IMG/VR virus record: IMGVR_UViG_2225789004_000003
Coordinates: 1 to 64,000 of that record
Source: a virus
Strand: one strand, 5' to 3'
DNA: 64,000 nucleotides
Under the pieces are notes generated by a model. That model had not been told where the DNA came from. It saw only the letters and a list, made by a program, of their open reading frames with translations, and ran no database searches. Made by a program: the position numbers and the translations under genes. The stretch's first letter is position 1. Every line of letters begins with the position of its first letter. Below are positions 53,195 to 63,019 of the stretch, piece by piece.

Positions 53195-56100
53195 TTATAA
53201 AGTTGACAGAATTGTATTCTGTGTAGCTTCGGCATTATTAGCCTGTTCTTGTTTGTCTTGCCATATAGGAGTTGGAGTTTGATTAGATAGCATTTGTCTT
53301 AATATATTAGTTATGATACTAACATTTGTATCAATAGATTGAATTGATTTAATTTGAAATGAATCTAAATCAAAAGCATGTTCAGCAGTTGTAGGAATTG
53401 CATCTCCTCCACCTTTTCCAAAGAAAGATAATGGATCTACAGTATTACCTTCACCACCGCCATCAGGATTACTTCTAACCTCAAAGTGTAGATGATCTCC
53501 ATAATCACCACCAGTAGCACCTGAATAACCTATTACTTGACCCTTTTTAACTCTATCTCCTACTTTAGCACCTAATCTGGATAAATGAGCATATCTAAAC
53601 CATTTTCCACCAGATTTAACATCGACAACATTTCCATAAGCACCATACCAGCCTGCAGTATCAATCACTCCATCACCTATAGCACCTAATGGTGTTCCAC
53701 TAGGTAATCCAAAATCAACACCTGCATGGAGTCTACCCCATCTTTGACCATACCTAGAAGTAACTCCATAGTTATTATACCAGTCTTCAAATACAGTTGA
53801 TTCACCCGAACCACTAAACTTAGGAGTATTATCAGTACCAGTAGTTTTTTTAACAGAGTTATTTTGAGATTGATCTACAGGACTAGGACTGTTTGGATCG
53901 TTTCCAAAATTAATTACAGTAGTATCATTAGATTGATCATGTGATACTGGATTACCTGAATTATTGTATCCAAATACCTGAATAGTTTTATCTTTTGTAT
54001 TAAATTTTACAGAGGCTATTTGAGTAATACTAGCTGATCTTGCTTGTAGTTTTTCTAACCAGCCATAATAAGCATAAAATTTATCATAAAACTTTTGGTT
54101 TAATTTGAATAATTTTTCTTCTAAAAATTCAGTAGTATCTTTTTGCCATGAAACTGTAGTTTTAAAAAAGTTAGGTATTGAAGCCATTGAATCATTATAA
54201 AGTTTTGTTTCACTTGCTGAAAGAACTCTCTCATCTTTATGAAGTAGTGCAGGGTAGTTATCATAAGGGACATTTGATAAGCCTGTAGCATGTGGAGTTG
54301 GTCTATAAACTTCATAAGATACTACATCACCTTCACGGTTCATTCTAGGTCTATTAAGGTCATTAATTCTGTTTTTTGAACTAAATATACCACCAGTAGT
54401 ATATTTGTATGAACCTTTAGGTGCAATTTCACCTGTTTTTGGTGCTATTATAAACTGGTCATTACTTCCTTGAACAGGTAATACTCTATAATTATTTTCA
54501 ATATCTGAAACTGTCATACCTTGAGGTAAATCTAATGCTAAGTTATAAAATTCCTTATTAACAATAGGAATTCCACCTATTTGATTATTATACCAAAGCT
54601 CTCTACCATCTTTATCTACAGCTTGACTTCCTTTGCCTACATTAAATAATGGTCTATTACTATCAATTGATTTGCCTTGTCTACGCAAAGTAGTTTCTTG
54701 ATTTTTTGCTATATTATAAGCATCTCTATAATAGCTAGAACTTTTATCTCTCAAATCTGAAAGTAATTCGGTTTCAACCATATTACCTTTAGCAATCTGT
54801 TCAGTTGAATATCCTTCATCAATTAATTCAGCATGTTTTCGAGCAATTAAACGCTCTCTGGCATCTACAGGAACTCTACTTATATTTTCATCACTATCAA
54901 AAGTAGAACCAAGTCTTTTTAATGCTTTATCTAATCCTTGTTTACTTACTGTCGAAGTAACTCTACCTCTTTCATCCAAACTCATAACTACTTTATTTAA
55001 TGCAGGTATTATATCATCACCCATTATTCCAGCAATAGCTTTATTACCAGCCATTATTTCTTCAGCAGATTTAAGTTGTTCTTTTTGAATTTTATCTCGT
55101 TCTGCAAGCAGTTCCGCTTCTACAGTTTTAAGATTATCCGTCATAAACCCAAATTGAGTTTTACCACGTTCTAAAGCAATTACACCTTCACGTGTATTTT
55201 TATCAACTTGTGTTGATAAATTAGCAAATTCTTTTTCAACTTCTTCTTGTTTACGTCTATTGTTTTCAATTAGCTCATTAATACTTTTTACATTACGATT
55301 ATTATTTTCACTATTACTAAATATAGCTTCACTTAGTTTTAATGACTCTTTACTAACAGTTTTATTCCTATTAGATATTTCACCACCAAGTAAACCATAA
55401 ATTGTATCACTACCAACAGCCCCACCAATACCACCAATAACTGCACCGCCAATTGCACCTGGAACTGCACCGATGCCTGCAAAAGCTGATCCGCCCAATG
55501 CACCAATACCAGCACCTTTTAATGCACCTTCTAATGCTCCAGCCCAACCACCTTCTCTATTAGATCCAGCCATCTGTGCAACAGAGCCTTGCCAATCACC
55601 ATAATTATTATAACCTTCATAAGCATCATAACCAAGCATTAATGCTGATAGCCATGGAGCTACTTTACCTAAACCTTTACCAACAGCACCAATACCTACT
55701 TTTCCACCTGTAGAAGCAACACCTTTAGCACCTGCTGAAAATGAACCTGGTAACATTGATCCAAATTGTGAAGTTGCTACACTAGGAACTATTGCACCTG
55801 TTATAGCACTTGCACCTCTACCTCCACCGCCAAATATAGCTTTGGCTAATGTAGGTATTGATAATGCTCCACCTAAACCAAGTAAATCCAGAGCCTGTGA
55901 TCCTATATTAGTTACTGTTCCAATAGGGGTCTTTGACTTAGTAAGCATTTCAGCCATATCATATAAGGCTACATTTTGAGGAGTAGTTGACCAGAGTTTC
56001 CACCAATTGGAAAAATCATCAGAAGGTCTAACATTTGTCCATTGTTTTAATGCTTCTTCTAAGTAAACACTCTGTCTAATTGCTAAATCAAAATTATAAT

Positions 56101-57460
56101 CATCAACATGACCACTAGGTGAATTGTTTTGAGCATCTCTAACAGGTTGACCTTTACCAGCTCCAGCCCAATCCATTATTTGTTTATCACTTATTCCAAG
56201 ACTTTCAAATAGAGCTAAAGTTCCTTGATTAATTCTACCATGTTTATCCATATTTTTCATAACATGATCTATAAACATATTATTAATCTTTTCAGAACGT
56301 TCTGATGGCGTTATTGAAGTGTCATTAAATAATGATAAAGCATCTTGACCTAATACACCTGTTATAGCTTTAAAAAATGGATTTTGAACTTGTTTATGGT
56401 AAGACTGAAAAGGCATCATCTTTAATTGTTCAGCAAAATCAAGTCCAGATTGTATATCCTTATCTTTCATTCTTGCTGAAGATTTTGCAATTGCCTCTAA
56501 TTGTTGTTCTACGCCAGCATTAGAATTAGAAATAATTCTAGCATATTTTGTATAAGTTTGAGCTATATTAAATATTTCATTAGGTGCTACATTTAAATCA
56601 ACCGACATTTGTCTAATTGAAGACATCATACCTTCAACCACTTTATCAGCACCTTGAACATTTCTATAAAGGTCTTTAAATCCATCGCTTGCTGATAAAG
56701 CTATTGACGGCATTATATCATTCCATCTATCTAATAAATCAGTTGCAGAATTTACAGTTTCCCATGTTGATAAATTAGCTTGATTAACTGCCTGTAATCC
56801 AAAATCACGCCGTCTTTGTCTTTGTTCTGGAACAGTATACCTTTGCCATGGAGCTAACTTATATTCATATTCGAGTCGATTAATTCTATCAGCCATCAAT
56901 CTACCTTGTTCACCAGCTAAGCCATAGCGATACATTGTATCATTTCGTTTAGCAACAAGGTTATTAATATTAGATTCAGCACTTGTAGCAATAGAAGTAA
57001 TACCTTTTAATAAAGTTCCTAATGACTTTGTAAAAGTCTCTTGTAATTCCTTTTGAGCTTGTTCAGCTTTTTTAGTAGCTTCTTCTTGCTTTTTAGTATT
57101 CTCTTTAACAGTTTTATCTAAATCAGAAGTAACAGTTTTTCCTTCTTTTAAAATATCTCTAATATCAGTTAATAAAGCATTTCTTTTAACAGCAAGACTA
57201 ATTAAAGCATTAGATCCACTAATAGGACTACTTTTAGAAGTAACTATATTACCAGAAGGTCTATTAATATTTTTAACAATATTATCAAGATTTTTGTCAA
57301 TACTTCTTAATACATTGTAACTAGAATTATCTTTAATAGATATATCCTTAGTAATAGATCTAATTTCTTTTAATGTATTATAAGAATTATATGAAGAACT
57401 CTTTATTGATTCAAGATCTTTTTGACTATTAAATTGATTAGTATTAACTTTTTTAGCCAT
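53195..57460 (-). CDS. Tape-measure-like virion protein with a C-terminal M23 (LytM) peptidase domain
   Basis: Coiled-coil N-part, Gly/Ala-rich hydrophobic core (GGGGRGASAITGAIVPS...), and an M23 domain at about 53474..53743 (LHAGVDFG = HxxxD; GDHLHFEV = HxH). Confidence 0.65.
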   Translation of the reverse strand: MAKKVNTNQFNSQKDLESIKSSSYNSYNTLKEIRSITKDISIKDNSSYNVLRSIDKNLDNIVKNINRPSGNIVTSKSSPISGSNALISLAVKRNALLTDIRDILKEGKTVTSDLDKTVKENTKKQEEATKKAEQAQKELQETFTKSLGTLLKGITSIATSAESNINNLVAKRNDTMYRYGLAGEQGRLMADRINRLEYEYKLAPWQRYTVPEQRQRRRDFGLQAVNQANLSTWETVNSATDLLDRWNDIMPSIALSASDGFKDLYRNVQGADKVVEGMMSSIRQMSVDLNVAPNEIFNIAQTYTKYARIISNSNAGVEQQLEAIAKSSARMKDKDIQSGLDFAEQLKMMPFQSYHKQVQNPFFKAITGVLGQDALSLFNDTSITPSERSEKINNMFIDHVMKNMDKHGRINQGTLALFESLGISDKQIMDWAGAGKGQPVRDAQNNSPSGHVDDYNFDLAIRQSVYLEEALKQWTNVRPSDDFSNWWKLWSTTPQNVALYDMAEMLTKSKTPIGTVTNIGSQALDLLGLGGALSIPTLAKAIFGGGGRGASAITGAIVPSVATSQFGSMLPGSFSAGAKGVASTGGKVGIGAVGKGLGKVAPWLSALMLGYDAYEGYNNYGDWQGSVAQMAGSNREGGWAGALEGALKGAGIGALGGSAFAGIGAVPGAIGGAVIGGIGGAVGSDTIYGLLGGEISNRNKTVSKESLKLSEAIFSNSENNNRNVKSINELIENNRRKQEEVEKEFANLSTQVDKNTREGVIALERGKTQFGFMTDNLKTVEAELLAERDKIQKEQLKSAEEIMAGNKAIAGIMGDDIIPALNKVVMSLDERGRVTSTVSKQGLDKALKRLGSTFDSDENISRVPVDARERLIARKHAELIDEGYSTEQIAKGNMVETELLSDLRDKSSSYYRDAYNIAKNQETTLRRQGKSIDSNRPLFNVGKGSQAVDKDGRELWYNNQIGGIPIVNKEFYNLALDLPQGMTVSDIENNYRVLPVQGSNDQFIIAPKTGEIAPKGSYKYTTGGIFSSKNRINDLNRPRMNREGDVVSYEVYRPTPHATGLSNVPYDNYPALLHKDERVLSASETKLYNDSMASIPNFFKTTVSWQKDTTEFLEEKLFKLNQKFYDKFYAYYGWLEKLQARSASITQIASVKFNTKDKTIQVFGYNNSGNPVSHDQSNDTTVINFGNDPNSPSPVDQSQNNSVKKTTGTDNTPKFSGSGESTVFEDWYNNYGVTSRYGQRWGRLHAGVDFGLPSGTPLGAIGDGVIDTAGWYGAYGNVVDVKSGGKWFRYAHLSRLGAKVGDRVKKGQVIGYSGATGGDYGDHLHFEVRSNPDGGGEGNTVDPLSFFGKGGGDAIPTTAEHAFDLDSFQIKSIQSIDTNVSIITNILRQMLSNQTPTPIWQDKQEQANNAEATQNTILSTL

Positions 57461-57465
57461 AGGTA

Positions 57466-59379
57466 TTACTCACTTTCGCCAGTTGGTATTGAAACAGGCG
57501 TAATGTCATTACTCATAGAACTTGCAAATTCATTACTATCTCTTGAAGTAGTATTAGCTCCAACATCAGGTCTATCACCAGTTCCAACTCCAGAAGATGG
57601 AGAGATAGTAGGTGTGGGTCTTGATGAAGAACTAGAACTTGAGCCTCCAGAACTTCTTCTAGGTGCTGGACTATCAAAATCCATATCCATTCCAGAAGAA
57701 TCTGTCAATTGTGTATCTAATTCTTTTTCTTTCAATTTCATTACTTTATCAGTTAATTCAATTGACTGATCCATAATAGGTTGAATTGATTGTGTAAATT
57801 CAGGTATATTAATAAAATTATCTAATAATGCTTTCATTAATTTACCATCATCAACGTTATCTTGTAATGTATTTTTAAAAGCATCTGCCACAGAAGTTAC
57901 AATTTCTATTCTTGATTTTACTTCTTCAAGTCTTGCAATTGTTTCTGGTGAACTTAATGCCGTTGGAACAATCTTAAATTGATTTAATTCAGATTGTCTG
58001 CCCATTATAGTTAACCATATCTTACAAAGGTCTGTAATGCCATATTTAAGCATATCAGAGAGTTTTAAAATACGTCTTGAATATCTAATATCTTGTTGTA
58101 TTAAAGACTGTCCACTATTACTTGACAAAGCTGGTAATGAGTCTTCAAATCCTAAAAATGTTTTAGGGACTCCTAAACCAGCAAATTCTTTATTTAAAAA
58201 GTAATCTATATCAACAATATTAGATACTTGAAAATCACCACCAATATTCTCAACAGCAATAGCACCTTTACCTTCTGATACTGAATTAAATATAGGATCT
58301 CCCCAAGGTCTTATCTTCTTACTAGCATTATATTTCTCTGTTCTCATATCCATACTGACTTGAGAATCAAATAACTTTTTAACTTTATTGACCATTAACT
58401 TAACATCTTTAGGAGTTGATCTTCCAACTTCAATGTTATATAGTCTTAAAAATTCTGACTTAGCTAACTTAGCACCAATCATAGAATCTTCTAATGTATT
58501 TAGAATTCTATAAATAGATCTAACACCTTCAATTAATGACTCACCTTTTTGAATATCATATCTAACTGAATAATCATTAAAGAACTTTTCAGAATTTTTA
58601 TTAATAGCTCTTAATTCTTTTAATTCTTCATCAGTTAAATTAACTAATTTAACAGAATCTAAAGAGGCATTATTTCTTATATAAAAATGTAAATAAGATG
58701 TTCTATCATATAATCTAAAATTACGATTGATATTAGATGAATAAATATCTAACATACTTTTACTATCAGCATTAGCAACAGCGAAATATTTAGGATTACC
58801 TTCATAATACAGATCTAATATAAAATCATTACCTTCATTATCTGAAAGATATTTTATATCTTTACCATCTTCAGTAAGATATATTTTCCAAAACCACTCA
58901 CCGTATTTTGCGGCATTGTAAACAGTTGACCATAGTTTTCTATTTACATTGAGCCTTTTTAACATACTATTCAAATCACGTTGTGTTCTTTCATTCTTAG
59001 AGACTGCAATAAATGGATTTTCATTATAAACATTTGTTTGGCAAGTATCATCAGAATACATTTCAAGAACAGATTTTATAACAACGTCTTGAGCCATCAT
59101 ATCATATTCACGTTTACGTAATTCATAGCCTTGTGATAAATCCCTTAAATCATTTAATACAGAATTAACATCTCTATCAGAAGATTCAATTATTTTATCT
59201 AATGCATCTACAGTTGATTTATCTGCAGTTGATATAAAATCAGATTCAGATTGTTTAAATTCAGAATTTTTACCAGGAGGAATTATTGTAGTCTTATCAC
59301 CAATTAATTCAATATGAGGATGTTCTACTTTAGGCTTAAAAAATTTTCCAATATTTTTAAAATTTATATTAAACTTCAT
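57466..59379 (-). CDS. Portal protein (gp20-like impression) with a Ser/Gly/Pro-rich C-terminal tail
   Basis: Follows the terminase at portal size. REYDMMAQDVVIKSVLEMYSDDTCQ resembles the Y..M...PEI..ALD.YADD motif of T4-type portals. Confidence 0.6.
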   Translation of the reverse strand: MKFNINFKNIGKFFKPKVEHPHIELIGDKTTIIPPGKNSEFKQSESDFISTADKSTVDALDKIIESSDRDVNSVLNDLRDLSQGYELRKREYDMMAQDVVIKSVLEMYSDDTCQTNVYNENPFIAVSKNERTQRDLNSMLKRLNVNRKLWSTVYNAAKYGEWFWKIYLTEDGKDIKYLSDNEGNDFILDLYYEGNPKYFAVANADSKSMLDIYSSNINRNFRLYDRTSYLHFYIRNNASLDSVKLVNLTDEELKELRAINKNSEKFFNDYSVRYDIQKGESLIEGVRSIYRILNTLEDSMIGAKLAKSEFLRLYNIEVGRSTPKDVKLMVNKVKKLFDSQVSMDMRTEKYNASKKIRPWGDPIFNSVSEGKGAIAVENIGGDFQVSNIVDIDYFLNKEFAGLGVPKTFLGFEDSLPALSSNSGQSLIQQDIRYSRRILKLSDMLKYGITDLCKIWLTIMGRQSELNQFKIVPTALSSPETIARLEEVKSRIEIVTSVADAFKNTLQDNVDDGKLMKALLDNFINIPEFTQSIQPIMDQSIELTDKVMKLKEKELDTQLTDSSGMDMDFDSPAPRRSSGGSSSSSSSRPTPTISPSSGVGTGDRPDVGANTTSRDSNEFASSMSNDITPVSIPTGESE

Positions 59380-59399
59380 ATGTTACCTACTTTGTAAAA

Positions 59400-59423
59400 T
59401 TTTTCTATCTATAATTATAAACG
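59400..59423 (-). promoter_or_regulatory. Late-promoter-like motif, copy 3
   Basis: Identical 24-mer, 20 nt upstream of the portal ATG 59379. Confidence 0.55.
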
Positions 59424-59534
59424 GTTTAAGTTTCCAAATTGCAAAATAATCAATTTAAAGCATTTTTATTTAAGCTGATGAAGATTATACCGAAATTAAA
59501 ATAAAAATGGTTATTGTAATGCAAATTTAAGAGC

Positions 59535-61424
59535 TTACATTATCTTAGTTCCTTTTGGAATTATCATTTTATCTACTTGTTGTTGAAAATCTTGAATATC
59601 ATTATTTTCTAGTAATAAATCTGTTATATGATTTATTACTTTTAAATCAGATTGTGCTACTAAATTATAAGAGCTGTTAGCTTTGAAGATATTTGCAGCT
59701 ATAGTATCTAAAACATCCTTAGATCCACTTAATGAGTGATCAACTTTTAACTTATTACCAACACCAGTTAATTCAACATCTCTAAATTCAAAATCAAGAG
59801 TAATTGTATAAGGCATATGTAATCTTCCTTCATTAACAGCATTTTTTAATGACTGATAAGGTAGTATAGATGTATCTACTGATAAAATATCAGCTTCTAT
59901 ATTAGCCTTTTTAAATAATTGGAGTGTGTCAACACTCTGCCAACTATCACAGGTTACACTAACTATATTGAATTCTAATTCATTTCGTAAGTATAAAATA
60001 AATTCTCTTATTTTAAAGAATGGAATCTCTTTACCTGTTGTACAAGTTATATCAATAGCAAATATAACTTTATGAACGACGTCTAAAACGTCTTCAACTC
60101 TTTCACCAATTAATCTTTTTACTTTATTAGAATCTAAAACAGTTGTCATTGATAAACCAGTTTTATCACCAGATTTTGAAGTGTCCCAATGAATATACAT
60201 TGGTTTATATCTATCAAAATTAGGTATTAGATCAAACATAAAATAATCTTTTAAACTAATATCATCATCAAAATCTAAAGTAATACTATCTTCGGTAAAT
60301 GGATTCTTTAAATACTTTTTAAAACAGTTACCCACTTTATCAGTATTAAAATATTTATGGCTAGATATTGTAGCAATACCAGCTATATCTGCTAAAGCTG
60401 AATTAAGATCTAATTCAAAAGCATCTTTATGTTCAACTGGAACATCTAATACATTACTAATTTTTTGTTTTTTAGCATTTTCATATTCATTATCTGAAAG
60501 GATTCTAGGTTTTTTAAACTTATCACCCAATGCAATTCCAAAAGTTATTCCACTATATGCACTTCGTTCTTTCTTAACTATCCAAATAGGATCTGATTTT
60601 ATTGATACATGAGGTTTATTTTTAACTATTTCGATATATTGTGATAGAAAGTCTTGACTCATGTTTTTAGATGAACATAAAATCAATTTAGCAGGAGTTT
60701 TACCTGCTTTCATGTATCTTGATTCAATTCTTCGTTTGATAGTATTATACAAACTAAATACCTTAGATTGAACCATATTCATATTAGCACCAGCTACAAA
60801 ATCAACTTCATCAAGCATACCAGATATAATATCTCTACCAAGAAAATGACTTTGTTGCGAACCTGCTAATATCTCAATATCTTTACCAGGATGATAAGTT
60901 ATATTTTTACGTCCAACTACTTTACCATGATCTTTAAACCAATCTGAATTAAGACAAAGACTTTGTAATTTTGAATAACCGACTCCATATACTTGGTCAA
61001 GTGATAAATTAAAGAAAGCAATAGCTATTTTTTCATTACGTCCTATGCCATAAAATGACTTTGGATCTTTTAGACATAATAGCTTATGAAGCTCATAAGC
61101 AAGGCATACTGTAGCCAGTGTAGACTTACCACTGCCAATACACCCCGTTAATATCATTTCATTAACAGGTGAATTAGGGCTATATATTTCATTTAAATAA
61201 TCTATCCAGTAATTATATATGATAGAACTGCCGTCATCATTTACAAATGATTTACCTAAGTAATCTGGATTATGTATAAATTCATAAATAGAAACAGGTA
61301 ATTCATCATAATCATAGTCATATAAACTATTTAATGTTGATGAATTACCTGTGTTTTCTAATTCTGTTAATATCTTACTGAAATATATTATTTCATTCTT
61401 ATTCAGTTTATCAATATCAAGCAT
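59535..61424 (-). CDS. terL: Terminase large subunit
   Basis: Walker A LTGCIGSGKST, Walker B-like GMLDEVDF, C-terminal nuclease-size domain, position before the portal. Confidence 0.8.
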   Translation of the reverse strand: MLDIDKLNKNEIIYFSKILTELENTGNSSTLNSLYDYDYDELPVSIYEFIHNPDYLGKSFVNDDGSSIIYNYWIDYLNEIYSPNSPVNEMILTGCIGSGKSTLATVCLAYELHKLLCLKDPKSFYGIGRNEKIAIAFFNLSLDQVYGVGYSKLQSLCLNSDWFKDHGKVVGRKNITYHPGKDIEILAGSQQSHFLGRDIISGMLDEVDFVAGANMNMVQSKVFSLYNTIKRRIESRYMKAGKTPAKLILCSSKNMSQDFLSQYIEIVKNKPHVSIKSDPIWIVKKERSAYSGITFGIALGDKFKKPRILSDNEYENAKKQKISNVLDVPVEHKDAFELDLNSALADIAGIATISSHKYFNTDKVGNCFKKYLKNPFTEDSITLDFDDDISLKDYFMFDLIPNFDRYKPMYIHWDTSKSGDKTGLSMTTVLDSNKVKRLIGERVEDVLDVVHKVIFAIDITCTTGKEIPFFKIREFILYLRNELEFNIVSVTCDSWQSVDTLQLFKKANIEADILSVDTSILPYQSLKNAVNEGRLHMPYTITLDFEFRDVELTGVGNKLKVDHSLSGSKDVLDTIAANIFKANSSYNLVAQSDLKVINHITDLLLENNDIQDFQQQVDKMIIPKGTKIM

Positions 61425-61433
61425 AAATTCCCT

Positions 61434-61682
61434 TTATTGTTCTTGTAGATTAAATATTCTTATCAATAAATTTATATCAACATTATCATCTAATTGATCA
61501 ATTAAATCTATTAATAGTTCGCCATATTCAAGATCAACATTATTGGCAAGTGTAAATATATTACCATTATTATCTTGTAAATAAAATATAGCGGTATTTA
61601 ATTCAAGTATACCAAAAAAATTTGATTTTGTAACCTGTAAAGATTCATTATTAACAGTTTCAATTTCTTCTAATAATTTCAT
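61434..61682 (-). CDS. Small acidic protein (MKLLEE N-terminus)
   Basis: ORF behind AAAGGAAAT. It sits where a small terminase might be, but nothing supports that call. Confidence 0.45.
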   Translation of the reverse strand: MKLLEEIETVNNESLQVTKSNFFGILELNTAIFYLQDNNGNIFTLANNVDLEYGELLIDLIDQLDDNVDINLLIRIFNLQEQ

Positions 61683-61696
61683 TTAAAAGATTTCCT

Positions 61697-62314
61697 TTAT
61701 TCAAATTGTGCATAAAATGTAGGATTTTTTCCAGGAATTGCACCAATTTTAACACGTTGACCTGGTTGATAAAACATTCCAGAACCATTTGCTACAGCGT
61801 TCCAGCCTATAAATTTTTTATTAGCAGGAGGATTCATTGATTTATGTTTTAAAGGTAATGTAAATATAAAAGGACTATTATTAATAAACTCTATATTTTC
61901 ATTACTACCAGTACCTCCATTATTGTTAAGCACTATCACAAATGATGTAAAACCTGACATTTTCATACTATTAGCATCTACATAAAATGTAACATCACCA
62001 GTATTATATATCATAATACCAAAATTATAAATTTCACCATTATTTTCATATGCAATAGACCCTACACCGAAAACTGGAAATTTAGTTGTCCAATTAAACA
62101 TTGAATCGTTAATTATTTTATTAAATGTTCCCACTAAATCAGGAGTATTATATCTAAATTTAATAATCCCTCTTTCAACATTATTAACTTCAGTAAAACT
62201 ATTTAATTTATATTTTGATTGAAATAAATCTATAAATGATCTTAATACTGTTAAATATTGAACTCTAGGTTTTCCATATATTTCATTAGTATATCTTTGT
62301 TCAATTATATCCAT
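61697..62314 (-). CDS. Virion-associated protein with a C-terminal Listeria-Bacteroides (Flg_new) repeat, paralog 3
   Basis: KKFIGWNAVANGSGMFYQPGQRVKI...TFYAQF matches the F.GW....G..Y..G......LYA.W repeat. Confidence 0.55.
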   Translation of the reverse strand: MDIIEQRYTNEIYGKPRVQYLTVLRSFIDLFQSKYKLNSFTEVNNVERGIIKFRYNTPDLVGTFNKIINDSMFNWTTKFPVFGVGSIAYENNGEIYNFGIMIYNTGDVTFYVDANSMKMSGFTSFVIVLNNNGGTGSNENIEFINNSPFIFTLPLKHKSMNPPANKKFIGWNAVANGSGMFYQPGQRVKIGAIPGKNPTFYAQFE

Positions 62315-62954
62315 AATAAATTACCTCCTATGGTGTAGCAAATTGTGCATAAAATGTAACAGTAGCAACTTCATATCTAGGTATAACAATACGCTGACTA
62401 GGTTGATACCATATTCCAAATCCATCTGCTTTAGAGTTCCAACCTATAAAAACCTTACCAGTTGGAGGATTCATTGTTGATATTCTTTTAGGCAAAGTAT
62501 AAAGCACAGGAAACCTTCTAGCAAATTTTATTGTTGAGTTAGATCCTGTTCCACCATTTTTATTCAGTGTAATTCCAAAACCTGCAGGATCTTGAAATGT
62601 TTGAACATTTCTATCTGTAAAAAAGTCAATATGCCCAGTATTAAATATATTAATACCAAATTCATAAATTTTACCATTATTAATATATTTAAAATAACCC
62701 GACTTTACATGCATCTCACTAACTTGCCATGTAAACATTGGATCTCTTGTTATTTCAAAAAATTTTCGCATTAGATCAGGTGTATTATATCCAAAACTAA
62801 TAACATTTCTTTCAGTATTATTAACTTCGAGAAAGCTTTGTATATTAAATCTTGATTGAAATAAATCTATAAATGATCTTAATACTGTTAAATATTGAAC
62901 TCTAGGTTTTCCATATATTTCATTAGTATATCTTTGTTCAATTAAATCCATAAT
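62215..62954. repeat. 103-nt near-identical direct repeat (62215..62317 and 62852..62954)
   Basis: Aligned by eye with one mismatch. Covers the RBS plus the first 33 codons of both paralogs. Confidence 0.8.
62328..62951 (-). CDS. Flg_new-repeat protein, paralog 2
   Basis: The first 33 codons are nearly identical in DNA to 61697..62314. C-terminal KVFIGWNSKADGFGIWYQPSQRI...TFYAQF. Confidence 0.55.
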   Translation of the reverse strand: MDLIEQRYTNEIYGKPRVQYLTVLRSFIDLFQSRFNIQSFLEVNNTERNVISFGYNTPDLMRKFFEITRDPMFTWQVSEMHVKSGYFKYINNGKIYEFGINIFNTGHIDFFTDRNVQTFQDPAGFGITLNKNGGTGSNSTIKFARRFPVLYTLPKRISTMNPPTGKVFIGWNSKADGFGIWYQPSQRIVIPRYEVATVTFYAQFATP

Positions 62955-62973
62955 TGTACTCCTTTTACATAAT

Positions 62974-63009
62974 AAAATAGCAAGAACCTATAATGATCCT
63001 TGCTATTTT
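62974..63009 (-). terminator. Rho-independent terminator (bidirectional shape)
   Basis: 11-bp stem AAAATAGCAAG/CTTGCTATTTT, then a U-run. Confidence 0.7.
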
Positions 63010-63019
63010 ATTATTAAAA

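Noticed and set aside
61434-61682. The small ORF upstream of terL as a small terminase subunit.
   Set aside because: The call would rest on position alone. The protein is 82 aa, acidic, has no recognisable HTH or oligomerisation motif, and belongs to the MKLLE-prefix group.
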